Positions 20,494-30,239 of a stretch of 64,000 nt of DNA are shown here, in pieces; position 1 is the stretch's first letter; every line of letters starts with the position of its first letter. Source of the stretch: Terriglobia bacterium (GTDB lineage Bacteria > Acidobacteriota > Terriglobia > Acidiferrales > UBA7541); assembly GCA_963695545.1 (NCBI GenBank), contig OY968796.1, positions 3,136,001-3,200,000 on the forward strand. Reading direction: 5' to 3'. Below the pieces are notes generated by a model. It did not search any database. It was not told the DNA's origin and saw only the letters and a list, made by a program, of their open reading frames with translations. A program made the position numbers and the translations under genes.

Positions 20494-20637
20494 TTATTTC
20501 AATTCTTTGGCTCTTTCCTGAAGGTACTTATCAATCGCACGCCGGATCAGTTCGGCAAGCGGAGCACCCGTCTTATCGGATAGCTTTTGCAGCTTCTCAA
20601 TCTGCTCTTCTTTAAGGAAGAGGGCCGTACGCTTCAT
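20494..20637 (-). CDS. CopG/ribbon-helix-helix regulator (47 aa, not in ORF track)
   Basis: MKRTALFLKEEQIEKLQKLSDKTGAPLAELIRRAIDKYL is a classic RHH pattern. Confidence 0.85.
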   Translation of the reverse strand: MKRTALFLKEEQIEKLQKLSDKTGAPLAELIRRAIDKYLQERAKELK

Positions 20638-20990
20638 AGGCATACATATTACCATACAGATGCATACATGTCCATAGGCCGGAAGTACTGGCGTACTTTG
20701 AGGTGCGAAAGATTGGGTTTTGGAACATCTTTGGAACAGCTAGGATGATAGGAAACGAGGGGGTTCATTGCGGCTTAGCGCAGCCTTTGCACCATCCACT
20801 TCCGGGAGCAGCGGTCAGAAGGGCGAACCCGCGAGGGCAGTTCTTGCTTTGGGGTGGACTTTCCGGAATTCTTCAGTATGGGTCGGAGCACCGTCTTCGA
20901 ACGTGATAGTTGGCAGAACTCCTATGAAGAGCGCAACTTACCAACAACTTGTACCTAAACGGCAAAACTAGCGCGTTCAGTGCGTTGCAA

Positions 20991-21003
20991 GCCCCCGCAA
21001 CCA
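20991..21003 (+). other. Putative att site: duplicated 3' end of tRNA-fMet
   Basis: GCCCCCGCAACCA matches the typical initiator-tRNA 3' end including CCA; no T-arm or cloverleaf upstream; terminator directly downstream. Confidence 0.7.
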
Positions 21004-21020
21004 ATTCGATGCTTCACGCG

Positions 21021-21057
21021 AAAAGGGCTTCCGATGCCAGACTCGGAAGCCCTTTTT
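21021..21057. terminator. Bidirectional intrinsic terminator
   Basis: AAAAGGGCTTCCGA-tgccagac-TCGGAAGCCCTTTTT. Confidence 0.85.
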
Positions 21058-21193
21058 CCTTGTTAGCGCTGATTGTGGCCGTTCTGCCGGTGTCCCGCGC
21101 ATCTAGTCGGAAGGCGCCGGCCCCTCACTCCGTTCGGGCACGCTCCCATCTTCTTCAGTATTTCGTCGCGCGAAGAACGCGTTGCGCCGACCG

Positions 21194-22012
21194 TCAGGCT
21201 TTCTTCGCCTTCCCGGGAGGAACGAGCGCGACCGAGGCCTCGGTGGTGAGCAGCAGGAATGTGAACGTCTCCTGCAGATACAGGCGCACAGCGGTGTCGG
21301 TGTGGCTGAGATAGCCGATCGAGACGTCCTGTCCGATGTGCAGGTCGAAATCTCCGCCGCGCGTGGTCAGCACGAAAGCGCCGCTGATCGCGGGCGCCCA
21401 GATGATGGCATCCTTCACGAGCCGCTTAACATGCTCGAGTACGGGATATCCGTGGTCGCTGGTTTCGGCGAGCGCCGTGTACGCGTCCGCGCCGAGCAAC
21501 ACCGAGTACGGGCCATTGACGCCCACCAGACGAAGTTGGCTCAGGCCTTGCGCAATCGCGTCCGGGTATTCCAGTACGTTTGCGGGGAGCGTCATGATCG
21601 GATTGCTGGTGCCTTGACGAATGCCGCCGATACCCGCGGCGGTGTAGCGATCGAAAATCGCGCAGTCTTCGGCGAAGGCGATTTTCTGCGCGGCGTCCTT
21701 CGCGGGTTGCCAATTCGCGTCGTTCGCGCCGCGCTCAACATCGTCAACGTCTTTGCGCTCCAGCTCGAAGGGAACACGCAGCTCGACCAGCGCCTTAACC
21801 TCGCGTTGTCTTGCAAGGACGCCGTCCGCTGGTGGCGTGATCGTCTTCAGGTGGCCCGTGCCCACGCCGGAGAGACCTGTGCCCGCCGCGGGGTGCACGT
21901 CGACGACGCGGCGACCGGCGATGTAACGCTTGAACGTGCGCGAAGTTTCCTCTTCGATTTGCGCCCACGCGGGGTCGGAAATGGGAGCGAGTTCGCGATG
22001 CAGGTTATTCAT
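21194..22012 (-). CDS. Family 1 encapsulin shell protein (Linocin M18-like)
   Basis: MNNLHRELAPISDPAWAQIEEE...GRRVVDV...ELRVPFEL...RGGDFDLHIGQDVSIGY. Confidence 0.96.
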   Translation of the reverse strand: MNNLHRELAPISDPAWAQIEEETSRTFKRYIAGRRVVDVHPAAGTGLSGVGTGHLKTITPPADGVLARQREVKALVELRVPFELERKDVDDVERGANDANWQPAKDAAQKIAFAEDCAIFDRYTAAGIGGIRQGTSNPIMTLPANVLEYPDAIAQGLSQLRLVGVNGPYSVLLGADAYTALAETSDHGYPVLEHVKRLVKDAIIWAPAISGAFVLTTRGGDFDLHIGQDVSIGYLSHTDTAVRLYLQETFTFLLLTTEASVALVPPGKAKKA

Positions 22013-23099
22013 CTTGGCTTTCTCCTTTGAGAGAACCGATGTCGAGCGAACCATCGTTGCTCGGCGAAGTTGTTGGCGCGGTTTCGTCCGCTGACGGTTC
22101 GGCGGAAGGCGCCGCATCGGCAGCCCCGTCGTCGCTCACGTCGTCAAGAAATGTCGCGGACGGCACGAAGAAAAGATTTCCGGTGACCGCGCGGCTGAAG
22201 TCGAGCAGCCGGTCGTAGTTGCCCGGCGGGCGGCCGACGAACATATTCTCGAGCATTAGTTCGATCGTGCGGGCCGAACGACTGTAGCCGATAAAATAAG
22301 TCCCGAATTCAGCTTCGGTGGGCCGGCCAAAGGGCATGTTGTCGCGCAGAATTTGGAGTTGTTTGCCGTTCTCGAAGATGATGTTGAGCGAGCTGTGCGA
22401 GTTGCTCGGCTTGACGGATGCGTCGAGCTCGATATCGGAAAGTTTGTGGCGACCGATGATCCGCTCCTGCGCTTCGACGGGAAGCGCATCCCATCCGGCC
22501 ATATCATGCAGATATTTCTGCACGATCACGTAGCTGCCGCCGGAGAACGCGGCGTCCTCTGCGCCGATCAGCACGGAGTCAACCGCTTCCTGGCCCCGCG
22601 GATTCTCCGTGCCGTCGACGAATCCGATGAGATCGCGATCGTCGAAATAACGGAAGCCGTGCACTTCGTCCGCGGGCGTAACCGAATCGCCGATGCGCGC
22701 CATAATCTGCGTCGCGAGCTCGAAGCACAAATCCATGCGCTTCGCGCGAATGTGAAACAGCAGATCGCCCGGCGTGGATACCGCGTGGCGGTCACCGGAT
22801 CGAATCTCGCGGAATGGATGAAGCTCTGCCGGTCGCGGCGAACCAAACAAGCAGTCCCACGCCTCCGATCCGACGCCCATGATGCAGGAAAGGCCGGCTT
22901 CGAGATCGCGCATCTCCACGGCGCGAACCACCGCGGCGAGGTCCGCGGAGAACGAGCGCAGCGCGGAGCGACTCTCGGAGCCCGGCTTTATGGTCACCAC
23001 CAGGAAAATTGCCGCACGGGTGAGCGGCGCGGAAACCGGCTGCGCGAGAGCGCTCAAACCGGCTGCGGCGTTCTGTGTGCTCTTCGGATCGGGCTCCAT
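22005..23099 (-). CDS. DyP-type peroxidase with encapsulin cargo-loading peptide
   Basis: GFVDGTENP, ILRDNMPFG; C-terminal DGSLDIGSLKG; 8-bp overlap with the encapsulin gene. Confidence 0.96.
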   Translation of the reverse strand: MEPDPKSTQNAAAGLSALAQPVSAPLTRAAIFLVVTIKPGSESRSALRSFSADLAAVVRAVEMRDLEAGLSCIMGVGSEAWDCLFGSPRPAELHPFREIRSGDRHAVSTPGDLLFHIRAKRMDLCFELATQIMARIGDSVTPADEVHGFRYFDDRDLIGFVDGTENPRGQEAVDSVLIGAEDAAFSGGSYVIVQKYLHDMAGWDALPVEAQERIIGRHKLSDIELDASVKPSNSHSSLNIIFENGKQLQILRDNMPFGRPTEAEFGTYFIGYSRSARTIELMLENMFVGRPPGNYDRLLDFSRAVTGNLFFVPSATFLDDVSDDGAADAAPSAEPSADETAPTTSPSNDGSLDIGSLKGESQDE

Positions 23100-23253
23100 C
23101 GGATCTCATCCTGGCGGAGCGCGCGGAATTCCGATCCGCGAAACACCGCGCCTGCCACACGCGCTGAGGTCAAGCGCCGAAGCTTAGCATCGTCGGCGGA
23201 CGAACGTCCAGACTGCCGGCGAATCGACTCAAGCAACGCAAGGCGCAGCGAGG

Positions 23254-24306
23254 CTAGGCGCGCGCGGAGTTTGCCGTCAGCGCTTTGCGGACGATGGGCG
23301 CGACGCGCGTGCCCAGAATCTCGATCGCGCGCAACATCTTCGGATGCGGAAGCGTCGAGACGCCCATTTGAAACGTGATGCGCGAAAGGCCGCCAAGCAC
23401 ATCGTTCACGTACAGGATTTTCTTCGCCACGGTTTCGGCGTCGCCGATCAGGAGCGCGCCCGTAGGTCCGCGCACCCCATCGAATTGCGCGCGGGTTGTC
23501 GGTGGCCAGCCGCGTTCTTTGCCGATCTCGGTGAAGGTGTGCGCGTATCCCGGGAAAAAATCGTCCGCGGCTTGCTTGGTGGTGTCCCCGAGAAAACCGA
23601 TGGAGTGAAGACCCACAATGAGTTTTTCGGGGGAGTGGCCGGCGCGGCGGCCTGCTTCGCGGTAGAGATCGATCAGAGGACGGAATCGTTTCGGCTCGCC
23701 GCCGATGATCGCGACCATCAAGGGAAGTCCGAGCATTCCCGCGCGGACGAAGGATTCCGGCGTGCCCCCGACGCCCACCCAAATCGGCAGAGGATTTTGC
23801 AGCGCACGCGGGTAGATCGATTGTCCCGTGAGTGGCGCGCGGTGCTTTCCGGACCAGTGGACTTCCGTGTTGTCTCGGATTTTCAGGAGCAGATCGAGTT
23901 TTTCGGAGAACAGCGAGTCGTAGTCTTCGAGACGCAAACCGAAGAGCGGATAGGATTCGACAAACGAGCCGCGGCCCGCGACGATCTCCGCGCGGCCGCG
24001 CGAGACCAGATCCAGAGTGGCGAATTCCTGAAAGACGCGCACCGGATCCGCCGCGCTGAGAACTGTGACTGCGCTGGTGAGGCGAATATTGTTTGTGCGC
24101 GCGGCGGCGGCGGACAGAATCACCACCGGAGCGGAGTCAAGAAACTCCGGCCGGTGATGTTCGCCGATGCCGAAAACTTCAAGACCCACCTTGTCGGCAA
24201 GCTCGATTTCTTCCAGAAGGTGCTGCATGCGATCGACGGGGCTGAGAGTGAGGCCCGTGGTAGGGTCCGAGATGGCTGCCGCGAAGCTGTCCACTCCGAT
24301 TTGCAT
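23254..24306 (-). CDS. LLM-class flavin-dependent oxidoreductase
   Basis: GIGEHHR, SAVTVLSAADPVRVFQEFATLD, GRGSFVES. Confidence 0.93.
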   Translation of the reverse strand: MQIGVDSFAAAISDPTTGLTLSPVDRMQHLLEEIELADKVGLEVFGIGEHHRPEFLDSAPVVILSAAAARTNNIRLTSAVTVLSAADPVRVFQEFATLDLVSRGRAEIVAGRGSFVESYPLFGLRLEDYDSLFSEKLDLLLKIRDNTEVHWSGKHRAPLTGQSIYPRALQNPLPIWVGVGGTPESFVRAGMLGLPLMVAIIGGEPKRFRPLIDLYREAGRRAGHSPEKLIVGLHSIGFLGDTTKQAADDFFPGYAHTFTEIGKERGWPPTTRAQFDGVRGPTGALLIGDAETVAKKILYVNDVLGGLSRITFQMGVSTLPHPKMLRAIEILGTRVAPIVRKALTANSARA

Positions 24307-24414
24307 ATGCGCGGCTCCTGATCAGCCGTCCTCGATTGGATGCCGAAGTCGCGTAATCGTCGCAAGCCCGTGCAGGAACTCTCTGATCGGGACCTCGCGC
24401 GGGTCTCGCTGTCG

Positions 24415-25350
24415 TTAAAAGCTGTAGCTGATTCCAAGCGAGAGCACGGGATAAAATTTCAAGATCGAGAGCTTGTGGTCGAGCTTAGTTTCCTGCGCGA
24501 GAACACTGGCCTGTATAGATGGGCTGGTGACCGTGTTCGCACAGGTGGGACCCTCGCTGTTGGGCGGGGTGCAAGCGAATCCGCTCAGATCAAGTGAGAC
24601 ATCCGGCGATCCCTGGAAGGCCACTCCGCCCTCGAAGTCGATGCCCCAGCGCCGGCGGTCGCGGCCGCGAGGAACCAGATTCCCGATTCCCACGAGAATT
24701 TCTGGAGCGACCTTGTTTACGGTGAGACCGGCGTCCACGGCAACGGGTGATGACCTGCTGCTCTCATAGGTCGTGCCGCCGATGATGAATCCCTGACCGC
24801 CGGCAACCAAGGCAGTCTCCCTCGCGTTGTTGTCGTCATAGAGGAGCAGGCCGGGGCTCACATGAATATTGCGGAACACGAAGTAGTCAAAATTCGCGTT
24901 CACCGATCGCAGGTTCAAGTTCCCTGTATAGAAGATGCCGTCGTTGGTCAACGAGCCGTGATAGTCGAATAGATCCAAGCCCACTCGAACATTGGCTCGT
25001 TGCAAAACTTGCACCGCAAATTGCCCGCCGATACCCAGCGTGGACGCGTCGGCGCCGAATCCGAATCTGAACCAGCAACACGAACCCGCAGGCTGAGCCT
25101 GGGGAGCGGCCGGCGAGGGGGCGGCGGGCGCGGCCGGCAGATTTGCGACTGGCGCGAATAGCGTGGACGAAAACGCCGCGTCGGCGGGCGGCGTCGGGTC
25201 CGACGATGCGGCGCTTGCGTCGGATGCAACGCCGGCGTTGTCAGCGCCGGCGAAACAGACATTTGGCAAAAGGCCCGCGAAACCAAACACCAGTAGCACG
25301 ACAGCAAGTAGCGACAATCGTCTCAACGCACCCTCCGGGGGCCGGACCAA
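24415..25350 (-). CDS. Putative outer-membrane beta-barrel protein
   Basis: Signal peptide, Pro/Ala linker, ASTLGIG, C-terminal YPVLSLGISYSF. Confidence 0.75.
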   Translation of the reverse strand: MVRPPEGALRRLSLLAVVLLVFGFAGLLPNVCFAGADNAGVASDASAASSDPTPPADAAFSSTLFAPVANLPAAPAAPSPAAPQAQPAGSCCWFRFGFGADASTLGIGGQFAVQVLQRANVRVGLDLFDYHGSLTNDGIFYTGNLNLRSVNANFDYFVFRNIHVSPGLLLYDDNNARETALVAGGQGFIIGGTTYESSRSSPVAVDAGLTVNKVAPEILVGIGNLVPRGRDRRRWGIDFEGGVAFQGSPDVSLDLSGFACTPPNSEGPTCANTVTSPSIQASVLAQETKLDHKLSILKFYPVLSLGISYSF

Positions 25351-25594
25351 ACATCATCGCACACAGTATGGGATGCGTTTGCAAAACTATGCTATGCCAA
25401 CGCCGGCGCCTGAGGGTGGGAGAACGCGCCTTTCCCAACTGCTTTTGATGCGTCTAGTAGCACATGCGGCGGTATCGCGGAAGTGTGATCGCTCTGGTTT
25501 GTGCTTTCGGGCAAAACATTGGAGGCAAGAAGTATCGAAGATATATGCAAAATTGCGTATTGGGTGCAAGAATCTCTCGGTGGGGGAGAAGTAC

Positions 25595-26002
25595 ATGGAG
25601 CCAGATCAATCGGCGATTGCGTTTCGGTGTTCGATCGCGCCGTGGTTGTCGGTTCGGGAGAGCGCCAAGGCTGTCGAGTTTTACAAATCGGCGCTTGGAG
25701 CGATCGAAGTTTTTCGGCTGGAGGGCCGCGGAGGCGTGGTCGCAAGACTCTCCGTGGACGGTGCCGAGTTCTGGGTCAGCGACGAATCGCCGGAACACGG
25801 CAACTTTAGCCCCATGTCACTCGGCGGGGGATCGGTACGCATGATACTAACGGTTGCGGACCCGGATTCGCTTTTCGCGCGAGCGCTCGGCGCTGGCGCC
25901 ACCGAGGTGTATCCCGTGAGCGAAGGGCACGGTTGGCGGGTGGGGCGCGTGCTGGATCCGTACGGGCATCACTGGGAGATTGGCCGTCCGCTTGCGCGCT
26001 AG
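25595..26002 (+). CDS. VOC (PhnB-like glyoxalase) family protein
   Basis: AVEFYKSALGA...GWRVGRVLDPYGHHW. Confidence 0.9.
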   Translation: MEPDQSAIAFRCSIAPWLSVRESAKAVEFYKSALGAIEVFRLEGRGGVVARLSVDGAEFWVSDESPEHGNFSPMSLGGGSVRMILTVADPDSLFARALGAGATEVYPVSEGHGWRVGRVLDPYGHHWEIGRPLAR

Positions 26003-26036
26003 TTGGCGTCCGCCGCCGTAATTCGGTCGCGAAGGA

Positions 26037-26411
26037 TTAGGGATGCTGAGCGATGGAGAGAATATTTCCGTCGGGATCTTTGAACCACGCGACCTTGTCG
26101 CCGTTGGGCGTGGTCCAAATTCCGAGTTCGCGATCCTGGACCCATGGATATTTTTCGAGCGCAACGCCGCGATCGGCGAGCCATTTGGCGACGGCTACGA
26201 TGTCGGCAACTTCCCATCCGAGAATCGTGGCTTGCAGCGGAGTGAAATTGGGCGGCTTGGCGATACGAATTTTGTGGCCGCCGATAGTCATGACCAGCGC
26301 GTATTGATCGAGGCTCACAAAATCGAAGCCCAGCTTGCCCTCGTAAAACGCGCGCGCCTTGTCATAGTCCGTCGTCGGGATGAATCCGACCATTTTTCCC
26401 GAAGCCAGCAT
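26037..26411 (-). CDS. VOC family protein
   Basis: DYDKARAFYEGKLG...VAWFKDPDGNIL. Confidence 0.9.
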   Translation of the reverse strand: MLASGKMVGFIPTTDYDKARAFYEGKLGFDFVSLDQYALVMTIGGHKIRIAKPPNFTPLQATILGWEVADIVAVAKWLADRGVALEKYPWVQDRELGIWTTPNGDKVAWFKDPDGNILSIAQHP

Positions 26412-26521
26412 TTTTTGGCTCCCCCTTCCACTTGAAGATATTCTAACTCCATGTTTTCATGCATGGACAGTCGGCCCGAATCCCAGCGCGTCCGATACGT
26501 CGGAGATTTGAGGGGGACGTG

Positions 26522-27082
26522 ATGAACGAGGTAAAGAGTTTAGGCAGCCGCGACAATGCACCGACGCGACGGCAGGTGATCGCCGGCGCGGCCATCGCGT
26601 TTGGCGGATTGGCCGCAGGCGCGGCGGTTCGGGGTCAGGCCTCGCAACCTGCGATGCAGGAGGCGCCGAGCACGGCGGCCAACTACCCTCGCACATTTCT
26701 TCACCAGGAAGTCGATTTCAAGGCGAGTCCGCAACGAATTTACGAAGCGCTGCTCGATTCAAAGCAATTCGCAGCGTTCACGGGCTTGTCGGCCGCAATC
26801 GATCCTTCCGAGGGCGGAGCGTTTTCGACGTTCGGCGGGTTGATCGCGGGACGTAATATCGAGCTCGTGCCCAACCAGCGAATCGTTCAGGCGTGGCGGC
26901 CAACGCATTGGGATCCGGGCGTGTATTCGATCGTGAAGTTTGAATTGAAGCCGGCAGCGTCAGGGACGACGATTATTTTGGATCATACCGGATTTCCCGA
27001 AGGGGATTTCGATGGTCTCGACTCCGGCTGGCCCGTGAGATACTGGAAGCCGCTGGCCACATTTCTCGCGCAGCAACCGTAG
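26522..27082 (+). CDS. SRPBCC/AHSA1-domain protein with Tat-like signal
   Basis: TRRQVIAG signal; ASPQRIYEALLD...ELVPNQRIVQAWR...GW..RYW. Confidence 0.85.
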   Translation: MNEVKSLGSRDNAPTRRQVIAGAAIAFGGLAAGAAVRGQASQPAMQEAPSTAANYPRTFLHQEVDFKASPQRIYEALLDSKQFAAFTGLSAAIDPSEGGAFSTFGGLIAGRNIELVPNQRIVQAWRPTHWDPGVYSIVKFELKPAASGTTIILDHTGFPEGDFDGLDSGWPVRYWKPLATFLAQQP

Positions 27083-27124
27083 ATCGGGCAGGGAAAACTT
27101 AGACCAGCCGATATCTCAAGCGGG

Positions 27125-27436
27125 CTAGCCGCCGGCGATCGCGCCGATGATCAGAAAAGGCTCTTCCCCGGAGGCGACTCGATCGGGCAGCGGCGCGTCC
27201 GGCGATTCGTGAGAAAGATCTTCCTGGCACGCAAAGAAGCGCAGGAATGGGCGGCGCTGTTGCGTGACGTGATCGCGAATGGTTCCTTGCAATAGCGGAT
27301 AGCACGCTTCAAGCGCGTCAAGTACGGAGCGCTGCGTCGGCGTGCCTACGACCTCGATCGAAACCTCGCTGCCCACATGCGCGAGCGTCCTGAGATGCGC
27401 GGGGAGAACTACGTGAATTGTTTGCTTCGCTTGCAT
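27125..27436 (-). CDS. MoaD/ThiS-family ubiquitin-like protein
   Basis: [10 protein letters not shown]...LDALEACYP...C-terminal AIAGG. Confidence 0.9.
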   Translation of the reverse strand: MQAKQTIHVVLPAHLRTLAHVGSEVSIEVVGTPTQRSVLDALEACYPLLQGTIRDHVTQQRRPFLRFFACQEDLSHESPDAPLPDRVASGEEPFLIIGAIAGG

Positions 27437-27453
27437 TGCTAACGGCACCGGCG

Positions 27454-28569
27454 TCACGCGAGCGTTTGGACCTCGACCGAGAGCACGGCCGGAAGATCGT
27501 GCACAATCGGCAGGAAATTCTCGCCGGCGTCGGGTGAAACATAAACCTGTCCGCCGGTCGTGCCGAAATACACGCCGCACGAATCGAGCGTGTCCACGGC
27601 CATCGCGTCGCGCAGAACATTCACGTAGCAATCGCTCTGCGGCAGTCCCCTCGTAAGCGGCTCCCATTCATTTCCGCCGGTGCGGCTGCGATACACGCGC
27701 AGTTTTCCATCGAGCGGGAAATGTTCGGAATCACTCTTGATCGGGACCACATAAATCGTTTCCGGTTCGTGCGCGTGCACGTCGATGGCGAATCCGAAGT
27801 CCGTGGGCAGATTGCCGCTGACTTCTTGCCACGAATCGCCGGCGTTGTCGCTGCGCATCACGTCCCAGTGTTTCTGCATGAAGAGCACGTTCGGGCGCGA
27901 GCCGTGCATGGCGATGTGATGAACGCAGTGGCCCACCTCGGCCGTGGGATCGGGAATGTGTTCGGATCTCAGTCCTTGATTGATCGCCTTCCAGGTTTTG
28001 CCGCCGTCGTCGGTGCGGAATGCGCCCGCGGCCGAAATCGCAATGTAGATTCGCGCCGGATCGCTTGGATCGAGAAGAATCGTGTGCAGGCACAGTCCGC
28101 CGGCGCCCGGTTGCCAGCGCGGCCCGGTGTTGTTTTCGCGCAGTCCGGGCAATTCCTGCCACGTTTGCCCCGCGTCAGTCGAATGAAACAACGCGGCATC
28201 CTCCGCGCCCGCATAGATCGCATCGGGATCGGTCAGTGAGGGCTCGAGATGCCAGACGCGCTTGAATTCCCATGGATGCGGGGTGCCGTCGTACCACTGG
28301 TGCGTACCGGGAACGCCGTCGTAAACAAATTTATTCCCGACAGCCTCCCACGTTTTGCCGCCGTCGCTCGAGCGCTGAATGAGCTGGCCGAACCAGCCGG
28401 TCGATTGCGACGCGTAAAGGCGATTCGGATCGGCTGGCGAGCCTTTAAGGTGATAAATCTCCCAGCCGGCAAAGTGCGGGCCACTGACGCTCCACTGCGC
28501 GCGCTTGCCGTCGGATGTGAGAATGAACGCGCCTTTGCGCGTTCCAACCAGTACGCGGACCGTGCTCAT
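27454..28569 (-). CDS. BNR/Asp-box beta-propeller (sialidase-like) protein
   Basis: Repeated S/TxDxGxTW boxes; VLVGTRKG N-terminus. Confidence 0.9.
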   Translation of the reverse strand: MSTVRVLVGTRKGAFILTSDGKRAQWSVSGPHFAGWEIYHLKGSPADPNRLYASQSTGWFGQLIQRSSDGGKTWEAVGNKFVYDGVPGTHQWYDGTPHPWEFKRVWHLEPSLTDPDAIYAGAEDAALFHSTDAGQTWQELPGLRENNTGPRWQPGAGGLCLHTILLDPSDPARIYIAISAAGAFRTDDGGKTWKAINQGLRSEHIPDPTAEVGHCVHHIAMHGSRPNVLFMQKHWDVMRSDNAGDSWQEVSGNLPTDFGFAIDVHAHEPETIYVVPIKSDSEHFPLDGKLRVYRSRTGGNEWEPLTRGLPQSDCYVNVLRDAMAVDTLDSCGVYFGTTGGQVYVSPDAGENFLPIVHDLPAVLSVEVQTLA

Positions 28570-28817
28570 GGATGGCTCCTTGCGTTGCTTCGCGAATTAC
28601 GTCGCAACATATCAATTTAATCCGCGCGCTGCAAGTTCCGGCGTTGCGTCTGGCGAACAATTCGATTCAATTCACGCAGCGAAATGCCCGTGCGCGCGCA
28701 TCGCAACATCCCGGGTTACGGGATAAGCAAGCCGCGCGGGCGGGTCCATGGACAGCGGCGCGCAAGTGTGACAAAAGTGAACGATGCGCATTTTAGCGAG
28801 AGGTGAGTCGTAGAAAC

Positions 28818-30083
28818 ATGTCTTCGCGCGCCAAAATTGCGATTCAGGTGTTCGTGTCCTGCGTTCTCATCGCTGCAGCTTTGGTGTTTGGGCTCAGCAT
28901 CAAATTCTTTGTTTTGGCGCTGCTCGGCCAGTTTTTCGCGCTGGGACTGGCCAGCGCCACGATCGTCCATCTGAGGGTTCGGCCGCGCCGCGAAGATGTG
29001 CTGTTCGTGCTTCTTTTCGCCGCATTGCTTTCGGTGATTGTGTTCTGGAGTTTCGAGCTCAGGCTCAGCTTCAAGGTCGCGCTGGCTTTTGTTGGGCTCG
29101 CAAGCTTCACGGTCATGGGTATCCGGACCATCTGGGCGCGCGGCGAAGAGCGCACGCTTTTGTGGTGGGCCTATCTACCGGCGCTGCTTTTTCTAGGCTC
29201 GTTGTGGATTGCGCCACCATTGCTGAATCTCACCGAGAGGCTTTGTCCGAGGACGCTCGATTTGTACTTGTACTCGTTTGATTGCAGCCTGCATATCCAG
29301 CCAAGTTTCCTGGTGGGGCAGCTATTCTGGAAGTTGCCGTGGCTGAGGACCGTGAGCATCGACTTCTATCTAGGCCTGTCCGTCATTATCGCACTTACTT
29401 ACGTGGAAAGTTTGTTGCTCCAGGGGAAGAAGGCGCTCTCGGTGATGCTCGCTCTGCTGTATCTCGGGCCCATCGGATGGATTTTCTACAATGTTTTTCC
29501 GGCATGTGGCCCCGGCCATCTTTTCCCCGCGATCTTCCCGCTCCACCCACTTTCGATCGCCGAAGCCGCGCGCCTCTCGCTGCACTCCGTTGCGGTGCCA
29601 AGCCCGCGGAACGCCATTCCTTCGTTGCATATGTCGTGGGTTTTGCTGGCGTGGTGGTACGCGAAGAATTTTTCACCGTGGGTGAAAGCGATCTCGCTTT
29701 CGTTTGTGATCTTCACGGTGCTCGCGACGCTCGGCACGGGCGAGCACTATTTCATCGATCTGGTTGTGGCGTTTCCGTTCACCCTTATGTTGTACGCTCT
29801 GTTCTGCTTCGCATTGCGGTGGGATAGCAGGGAGCGCGCGATGGGTTTCCTCGGCGGCTTGCTGGGAGTGCTTCTCTGGTTTGCGCTGCTCCGTTATGCG
29901 AACCCCATGTTTTGGATTTCGCCGCTCGTTCCCTGGAGCCTCGTTGCAGCGACGATCGCTCTCGTTCAATTGCAGAAAAATCGCATTCTCGCCGCTGCCA
30001 GCGTTCCCTCGTGCGCCTCCGCCGAGCAGGTCGCGATCGTGGGTTCTTCCATCGGCGATGCGGCGTCCGTGTCGGCCGATTGA
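28818..30083 (+). CDS. PAP2-superfamily (IPC-synthase-like) membrane protein
   Basis: Many TM segments; FPACGP, NAIPSLH, HYFIDL. Confidence 0.85.
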   Translation: MSSRAKIAIQVFVSCVLIAAALVFGLSIKFFVLALLGQFFALGLASATIVHLRVRPRREDVLFVLLFAALLSVIVFWSFELRLSFKVALAFVGLASFTVMGIRTIWARGEERTLLWWAYLPALLFLGSLWIAPPLLNLTERLCPRTLDLYLYSFDCSLHIQPSFLVGQLFWKLPWLRTVSIDFYLGLSVIIALTYVESLLLQGKKALSVMLALLYLGPIGWIFYNVFPACGPGHLFPAIFPLHPLSIAEAARLSLHSVAVPSPRNAIPSLHMSWVLLAWWYAKNFSPWVKAISLSFVIFTVLATLGTGEHYFIDLVVAFPFTLMLYALFCFALRWDSRERAMGFLGGLLGVLLWFALLRYANPMFWISPLVPWSLVAATIALVQLQKNRILAAASVPSCASAEQVAIVGSSIGDAASVSAD

Positions 30084-30239
30084 CCGGAGCCGCCCTTCCT
30101 CCCGAATTCTTCTGAGCGAAATCCATTCTGTCTCGTGCGCCGGTGAATCAAGACGAGCCGGTGTGATCGGCGTGTGTGCTATAAGTGTCTGCGCTTCGCG
30201 CCGATGCGAAGGCGGATCAAAGGCGTGGGAGGGAGCGTA

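Larger units (their letters stand above)
1..21003. mobile_element. Integrated genomic island / satellite-like element (left end outside window)
   Basis: Large serine recombinase at the left, replication helicase + ori, defence/modification cargo, IS and resolvase; ends at a tRNA-3'-like 13-mer plus terminator, after which intact housekeeping-type genes resume. Confidence 0.8.

Noticed and set aside
20920..21003. Complete tRNA gene
   Set aside because: Only the last 13 nt match; there is no GTTCRA T-loop or cloverleaf upstream.
1..21003. Prophage
   Set aside because: No terminase, portal, capsid, tail or lysis genes are recognisable.
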